Positions 58,725 to 64,000 of a DNA stretch of 64,000 nucleotides are shown one piece after another. The notes under the pieces were generated by a model, which saw only the letters and a program-made list of their open reading frames with translations, had not been told where the DNA came from and did not search any database. Location of the stretch: NCBI GenBank assembly GCA_949102785.1, contig CARYKP010000009.1:9513-73512 (forward strand). Direction: 5' to 3'. Position numbers and translations under genes: made by a program. The first letter of the stretch is position 1. Each line of letters begins with the position of its first letter. This DNA comes from an uncultured Lachnospiraceae bacterium (GTDB lineage: Bacteria; Bacillota; Clostridia; Lachnospirales; Lachnospiraceae).

Positions 58725-58770
58725 GTGTGTACAGTCTGGTATACAGAGCCGGATTGTACACACTATTTTT
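58725..58770 (+). terminator. Intrinsic terminator-like hairpin after flgE
   Basis: GTGTGTACAGTCTGG/CCGGATTGTACACAC stem (two G-U pairs) followed by TATTTTT. Confidence 0.7.
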
Positions 58771-58892
58771 CCGTTTAAAAAAAAATACAATATGCCGCTG
58801 GACATTCGGTGTAAAATTTAGTACACTAATATGCAAAGGGTTTTATGGCGTGAATGCCGTTTACCAATGAATAAAAAACAGGTAGGTGAGAG

Positions 58893-59678
58893 TTGGTGGA
58901 TATAGCATCTTTATTGGGCATGGTTCTTGGATTTGCCATGGTAATCTTCGGTATCATATCAAACGGGGCGAGTATTCCCGGGTACATAGATCCCGCATCG
59001 GTTATTATTACGCTCGGAGGATCGGTCATGGGCGTTTTGGGATCACACAAGCTAAAAGATTTCATCGGCGGGTTCAAAAGTATTTCACTGGTATTTAAGG
59101 ACGAAGTGATGGATGCCGGAGCCGTGATCAGCAACGTGATCAATCTGGCAAACGTTGCCAGGAAGGAAGGTCTCTTAGCTTTGGAGGAAGCTTCCGGCGA
59201 AATTGAAGATCCTTTTTTAAAGAAAGGGATTATGCTGGTAGTAGACGGTACGGATGCGGAACTTGTCCGGGGCATTCTTGAGACAGAGCTTTCCTGTCTG
59301 GAGGAACGTCACAAGAAAGTGATCGGTTTCTGGGAAAAATGGGCGGAGTTAGGTCCTGCCTGGGGAATGATCGGTACTTTGATCGGTTTGGTTAATATGT
59401 TGAACAACATGGAAGATGCTTCCGCAATCGGTCCTGCTATGGCGGTTGCGTTGCTTACGACATTGTACGGTTCCATGATCGCAAACTGGCTGTGCAGCCC
59501 GATCGCATCTAAGATGAAAGTGAACAACGATCTGGAAGTGATTATAAAAGAGGTTATGGTAGAAGGCCTTCTGTCGATCCAGGCGGGAGAAAATCCGCGT
59601 GTAATTGAAGAGAAGCTGAAGTCCTTCTTATCACCGGCAGTCAGAAATGAAGTCGGTGATGGTGGAGGTGAGGAATAG
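58893..59678 (+). CDS. motA: Flagellar stator MotA
   Basis: ARKEGLLALE, PAWGMIGTLIGL, ALLTTLYG. Confidence 0.95.
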   Translation: MVDIASLLGMVLGFAMVIFGIISNGASIPGYIDPASVIITLGGSVMGVLGSHKLKDFIGGFKSISLVFKDEVMDAGAVISNVINLANVARKEGLLALEEASGEIEDPFLKKGIMLVVDGTDAELVRGILETELSCLEERHKKVIGFWEKWAELGPAWGMIGTLIGLVNMLNNMEDASAIGPAMAVALLTTLYGSMIANWLCSPIASKMKVNNDLEVIIKEVMVEGLLSIQAGENPRVIEEKLKSFLSPAVRNEVGDGGGEE

Positions 59679-60490
59679 TGGCAAGAAAGAAGCAGGAAGA
59701 GGCACCGAAAGGGTCACCGGCATGGATGGCTACATTTAGTGATCTGATGAATCTGCTGCTCTGTTTCTTCGTATTGCTCTTTTCCATGTCTACTGTTGAT
59801 GCAGAAAAATTTGAAATGGTAGTTGCGTCTTTGCAGAGCAGTTTCAGTGTGCTTCCTTCCGGAGGATCTTCCATCGGAGAAGGCGAGTTGATTTCATCCG
59901 GAGTCAGCCAGTTAAAGGATTTCAGCATGTTTTTTGAACAGTTCAACTCCGAAGGAGAGACGGAAGAGCAGGAAGAGAAAGAAAAGGAACTGAAAGAAGC
60001 TTATGAAGAAGAAGCTTTAAAGGAATCCGAAGAAATGGCGGAAGAAATCAGCAAGCAGGCAGAGCAGTCCGGTATACAGAATCAGGTAGAAGTCGATTTT
60101 AACGGGCAATACGTTCTTTTAACCTTAAATGGGGCGTTGCTCTTTGATTCCGGAAAATCAGAGATACGGGAAGATGCCTATCCTCTGGTAGATAAAATCG
60201 GAGCAATTCTTACGAACTACCGCAGTAATATCATAGAGATTGAAGGACACACCGATAATGTGCCGATTTCAAACGACAAGTATGAGAATAATGATGTATT
60301 GTCCATGTATCGTGCGTTGAGCGTGGCGGATTATATCCGAGGCATTACGGATCTGGATGCTTCGCTGCTGAAATCTTCGGGCAGGGGAGAATATGTTCCG
60401 ATCGCCGATAATACGACTCCGGAAGGCAGGGCAAGAAACCGGAGGGTAGAGGTTAAGATTTATAACTCTTATAGCAGTTCAGAGAATTAA
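59678..60490 (+). CDS. motB: Flagellar stator MotB
   Basis: WMATFSDLMNLLLCFFVLL; OmpA-like GHTD..NRRVE. Confidence 0.95.
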   Translation: MARKKQEEAPKGSPAWMATFSDLMNLLLCFFVLLFSMSTVDAEKFEMVVASLQSSFSVLPSGGSSIGEGELISSGVSQLKDFSMFFEQFNSEGETEEQEEKEKELKEAYEEEALKESEEMAEEISKQAEQSGIQNQVEVDFNGQYVLLTLNGALLFDSGKSEIREDAYPLVDKIGAILTNYRSNIIEIEGHTDNVPISNDKYENNDVLSMYRALSVADYIRGITDLDASLLKSSGRGEYVPIADNTTPEGRARNRRVEVKIYNSYSSSEN

Positions 60491-60513
60491 AAAAGTGAGA
60501 AAGGAACAGGCAA

Positions 60514-61026
60514 ATGAAGAAAAATCTTATTACAGTTATTGTATTGGCATTGGTATTGGTAAATCTGGTTTTGACAGCTATTCTGACGATTACGATCCTG
60601 CCGGAGACGAAAAAAGCAAATGAATTGATCACGCAGGTCTGCAGTGCGATCAATTTGGAATTAAACAGCGGTTCCGTTAAATCCGATGCGACGAGTGTTC
60701 CAATTGATCAGCTTGCGGCTTTTGATATTGAAGAAATGACGATCAACTTAAAAGACAGCGGAGACGGTAAGAAGCATTATGCAACGATGAGCATTTCTTT
60801 ATCCATGAATAAAGAAAGCGACGGTTACAAAGATTACGGAGAGAAAATGCCGGATTGGAAAAGCCAGATCCAGAGTCAGATCACATCGGTTGTCTCGGGC
60901 TTTACATACGAAGAGTTTAATGCGGACCAGCAGAAAGTTCAGGATTCTATTTTGACAAATGTACAGAAGTTATTTAATTCTGATTTTATTGTCGGTGTGG
61001 GATTCCCAACAGTTACATCTCAGTAA
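60514..61026 (+). CDS. fliL: Flagellar basal body-associated protein FliL
   Basis: N-terminal TM, MTINL; between motB and fliM. Confidence 0.85.
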   Translation: MKKNLITVIVLALVLVNLVLTAILTITILPETKKANELITQVCSAINLELNSGSVKSDATSVPIDQLAAFDIEEMTINLKDSGDGKKHYATMSISLSMNKESDGYKDYGEKMPDWKSQIQSQITSVVSGFTYEEFNADQQKVQDSILTNVQKLFNSDFIVGVGFPTVTSQ

Positions 61027-61066
61027 TCAAAGACGCATCAGACGATCAGACGGGTGGTGAAATTTC

Positions 61067-62047
61067 ATGGGTGATGTATTATCCCAGAGTGAAATCGATA
61101 GTTTGCTGCGGGCATTAAGCGATGGTGAACTCGATGTAGATGAAATGAAAGATGCTCCGGAGAAACCGGTGAAGAACTATGATTTTGCAAGACCTTCCAA
61201 GTTTTCCAAAGAGCATTTAAGAACATTAGAAATTATATTTGAGCATTATGGAAGGTTATTATCCACCAATCTTCCGGTTTATTTGAGGAAAAGCATTCAG
61301 GTAGAAGTAATGAGCGCCGAAGCCGTTACGTATTCGGAATTTTCCAATGCGCTTTCCAATCCGGTTTTGCTTGGTGTTGTTGATATGGAACCTTTGAGCG
61401 GCAATATTATTATAGAAGTGGCTTCTAATATCGGATATGCTTCCGTAGACCGTATGCTGGGAGGAAGCGGAAATCCGCTGGATAAAAACCGTGATTTTTC
61501 GGAAATAGAACTTTTGATTATAGAACGGATTGTATCCGTTTGTGTAGAGCTTTTAAGCGAACCTTGGCACAATGTGCTTGAGATTCATCCAAGGCTTGAG
61601 AGAATCGAAACAAATTCTCAGTTTGCCCAGTTTATATCTCCGAGTGAGATGATTGCGCTTGTAACTCTTAATCTGCGGCTGGGAGACATTGAAGGTTTGA
61701 TGAATATTTGTCTGCCTTTTATGACATTAGAGCCTGTTATGGACAAATTGAATACCAAATATTGGTATTCCAGTATTAAGAAAGATAATGAAGAAGAGTA
61801 TACAGAAGCAATTCAAAGTCTGATTTCAAGAGCGCCTGTGCCGATCAAAGCACATCTTGGAAAAAGTACGGTATCGATTCAGGATTTTACCAATCTTCAG
61901 ATTGGAGATATTATTCGTTTGGATACAAAAGTAGATAAAGAATTGGACGTATATGTCGGTAGTATACGAAAATTTACTGCATTGCCCGGGGCGTCCGGCA
62001 AACAATATGCGGTAAGAATCACATCAGTAATCGGAGAGGAGCAATGA
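61067..62047 (+). CDS. fliM: Flagellar motor switch protein FliM
   Basis: LSQSEIDSLL, YDFARP, SpoA C-terminus. Confidence 0.96.
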   Translation: MGDVLSQSEIDSLLRALSDGELDVDEMKDAPEKPVKNYDFARPSKFSKEHLRTLEIIFEHYGRLLSTNLPVYLRKSIQVEVMSAEAVTYSEFSNALSNPVLLGVVDMEPLSGNIIIEVASNIGYASVDRMLGGSGNPLDKNRDFSEIELLIIERIVSVCVELLSEPWHNVLEIHPRLERIETNSQFAQFISPSEMIALVTLNLRLGDIEGLMNICLPFMTLEPVMDKLNTKYWYSSIKKDNEEEYTEAIQSLISRAPVPIKAHLGKSTVSIQDFTNLQIGDIIRLDTKVDKELDVYVGSIRKFTALPGASGKQYAVRITSVIGEEQ

Positions 62048-62051
62048 AACA

Positions 62052-63188
62052 ATGGATGGAATGTTATCGCAGGAAGAAATTAATGCCTTATTAAATGAAC
62101 CGGGAGTTTCTGATATCGGTGAACAGCCGCTTACTGACGCTGAAAAAGATGCCATCGGAGAGGTTGCAAATATCAGTATGGGAACGGCGGCAACCGCTTT
62201 GTTTTCGTTGGTAAACAAAAAAGTCGATATATCGACGCCGGTTGTTTCTTTTGCGACATGGGAAGATATCGTGGCGGCTTATGAAAGACCGTGCGTGTTT
62301 ATCCGGATCGGATATACGGTCGGTTTGGACGGAAGCAACGTTTTGGTTCTGAAAGAACATGATGTAAAAGTAATCACCGATTTGATGATGGGAGGAGACG
62401 GTACCAATACCCAGGAGGAATTAGGGGAAATGCATCTGAGCGCAATTTGTGAGGCGATGAATCAGATGATGGGTTCCGCGGCTACTTCCTTATCTTCCAT
62501 GCTGAATAAGATGATCGATATCAGTCCGCCGGAAGCGGATGTCGTAGATTTGGCGGAAGCGTTTGACGGCGGTTCCATTGACAGTTTTCTTGCGGGACAG
62601 TTTGTCAGGATTACATTTCGGATGGAAATCGGCGATCTGGTTGACAGTCAGATTATGCAGTTATATCCGTTTTCTTTTGCAAAGGAAATGTATTCGAATA
62701 TATCAAAAAATATGGAAATTGAGGCAGATACCATTGCGGATCAACAGGTCGCCGCTCCGTCCGGAGCACAGAGCCAGCCCCAGCCGGCTCCGGCAGCCGC
62801 TGCTCCGATGATGGGTCAGCCGGCGGCAGCACCGATGCCCGGTGCGCCCATGATGGGTCAGCCCATGATGGCGCAGCCGGTTATGGCACAGCCGGTCAAC
62901 GTTCAGCCGGCACAATTTCAGGCATTTGCACAGAATATCAGCCCGGCGCTACAGTCAGAAAATATCGACTTAATCATGGATGTGCCGTTGGATGTGACGG
63001 TTGAATTGGGAAGAACCAGTAAATCGATTCAGGAAATTTTGGATTTTGTGCCTGGAACGATTATTGAGTTAAATAAAATTGCAGGTGAGCCGATCGATGT
63101 GCTTGTAAACGGAAAGTATGTAGCGAAAGGTGAAGTTGTCGTGATTGAGGAAAACTTCGGTATCAGAATCACGGAAATTATTAAATGA
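62052..63188 (+). CDS. fliY: Flagellar switch phosphatase FliY
   Basis: LSQEEINALL, two CheC-like ExxN motifs, FliN-like C-terminus. Confidence 0.95.
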   Translation: MDGMLSQEEINALLNEPGVSDIGEQPLTDAEKDAIGEVANISMGTAATALFSLVNKKVDISTPVVSFATWEDIVAAYERPCVFIRIGYTVGLDGSNVLVLKEHDVKVITDLMMGGDGTNTQEELGEMHLSAICEAMNQMMGSAATSLSSMLNKMIDISPPEADVVDLAEAFDGGSIDSFLAGQFVRITFRMEIGDLVDSQIMQLYPFSFAKEMYSNISKNMEIEADTIADQQVAAPSGAQSQPQPAPAAAAPMMGQPAAAPMPGAPMMGQPMMAQPVMAQPVNVQPAQFQAFAQNISPALQSENIDLIMDVPLDVTVELGRTSKSIQEILDFVPGTIIELNKIAGEPIDVLVNGKYVAKGEVVVIEENFGIRITEIIK

Positions 63189-63208
63189 GAAGGATAGGAG
63201 ATTAAAAA

Positions 63209-63571
63209 ATGGCAAAAAATATTTTGGTTTGTGATGATGCGGCATTTATGCGGATGATGATTAAAGATATTTTAACCAAAAACGGTTATAATGTTGCGGG
63301 CGAGGCGGAAAACGGTTTAAAAGCAATTGAAAAGTTTAATGAGACCAAACCGGATCTCGTTTTGATGGATATTACCATGCCTGAAATGGATGGAATCCAG
63401 GCGCTGAAAAAAATCAAAGAATTGGATCCTGCGGCAAACGTTATCATGTGTTCTGCGATGGGACAGCAGGCGATGGTTATTGAAGCGATCCAATCAGGAG
63501 CGAAAGACTTTATCGTAAAACCGTTCCAGGCAGAGCGTGTGCTAGAAGCCGTAAAAAAGGTTGTAGGCTGA
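63209..63571 (+). CDS. cheY: Chemotaxis response regulator CheY
   Basis: DDAAFMR, MDITMPEMDG, VKPF. Confidence 0.95.
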   Translation: MAKNILVCDDAAFMRMMIKDILTKNGYNVAGEAENGLKAIEKFNETKPDLVLMDITMPEMDGIQALKKIKELDPAANVIMCSAMGQQAMVIEAIQSGAKDFIVKPFQAERVLEAVKKVVG

Positions 63572-63572
63572 T

Positions 63573-63953
63573 ATGTATATTGCGGCAGTGCAGACCTCTT
63601 CTTTTTCCAGTTTTATGCAGCTGATCGGTGTTTTGATCATTTTTCTCTTTGTTTTGGCGGTTACTTATGTGGCAACTCGCTGGATCGCAGGTTATCAGAA
63701 AGAACATTCGTATAATAAAAATCTGAAAATCATTGAGACGCTGAGACTGACGACAAACAAGTATATACAGATTGTACAGGCAGGAGAGGAATATCTGGTC
63801 ATTGCGATTGGAAAGGATGAAGTGCAGCTGCTTACAAAATTGACACAAGAGCAGTTGAGGGAACTGCCGTCGGAAGAATTTCCGGCAGGTGTTGGACCGG
63901 AGAGTTTTAAAGAGCTGTTGGAAAAATTTAAGAAACATATACCGAAGAAGTAG
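63573..63953 (+). CDS. fliO: Flagellar biosynthesis protein FliO/FliZ
   Basis: TM followed by LKIIETLRL..KYIQIVQ.GEEYLVIAI. Confidence 0.88.
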   Translation: MYIAAVQTSSFSSFMQLIGVLIIFLFVLAVTYVATRWIAGYQKEHSYNKNLKIIETLRLTTNKYIQIVQAGEEYLVIAIGKDEVQLLTKLTQEQLRELPSEEFPAGVGPESFKELLEKFKKHIPKK

Positions 63954-63965
63954 ACTGGGATGATT

Positions 63966-64000
63966 ATGAGTAAATTTAAAAAGATTTATTGCAGGTTGTC
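63966..64000 (+). CDS. Probable start of FliP (truncated by the window end)
   Basis: ATG at 63966 (MSKFKKIYCRL) immediately after fliO; identity inferred from gene order only. Confidence 0.45.
   Translation, partial: MSKFKKIYCRL

Noticed and set aside
62750..62910. GC-rich repeats in fliY (ATGATGGGTCAGCC)
   Set aside because: Low-complexity Pro/Ala/Met/Gln linker between the CheC-like and FliN domains

Overview
This window is core chromosome of a motile, spore-forming Clostridia-class bacterium, most consistent with Lachnospiraceae (inferred from gene families and gene order; no database search was run). In order it carries: a DinG/Rad3 helicase 3' end; convergent LysR and HxlR regulators; a decayed fibronectin-III surface-protein remnant; an ACT/UPF0210 pair; an mglBAC-type galactoside ABC transporter; a ZMP/ZTP-riboswitch operon (split PurH, NhaC-family transporter, C39-like peptidase); two very large secreted proteins (CotH kinase/LTD and BspA-like LRR); argS, acylphosphatase, an ABC transporter, gltX and a UvrD/PcrA helicase; an AT-richer three-gene unknown insert; DUF1292; a degenerate GlgX; DUF5662; trpS; sigK; comM-dprA-topA-codY; and a fla/che operon from flgB to the start of fliP. 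The best candidate for an undescribed system is the insert at 32922-36082 (nitrilase-fold enzyme with an E-K-C triad, winged-helix protein behind a palindrome-containing promoter, helical protein). Other leads are a structured flgE leader beside a TIGR02530 protein with an RNase-like motif, a GlgX pseudoenzyme, a sigK with neither pro-peptide nor skin element, and 54-bp hairpin repeats in the riboswitch leader. No transposase, integrase, CRISPR array, tRNA or rRNA was recognised.
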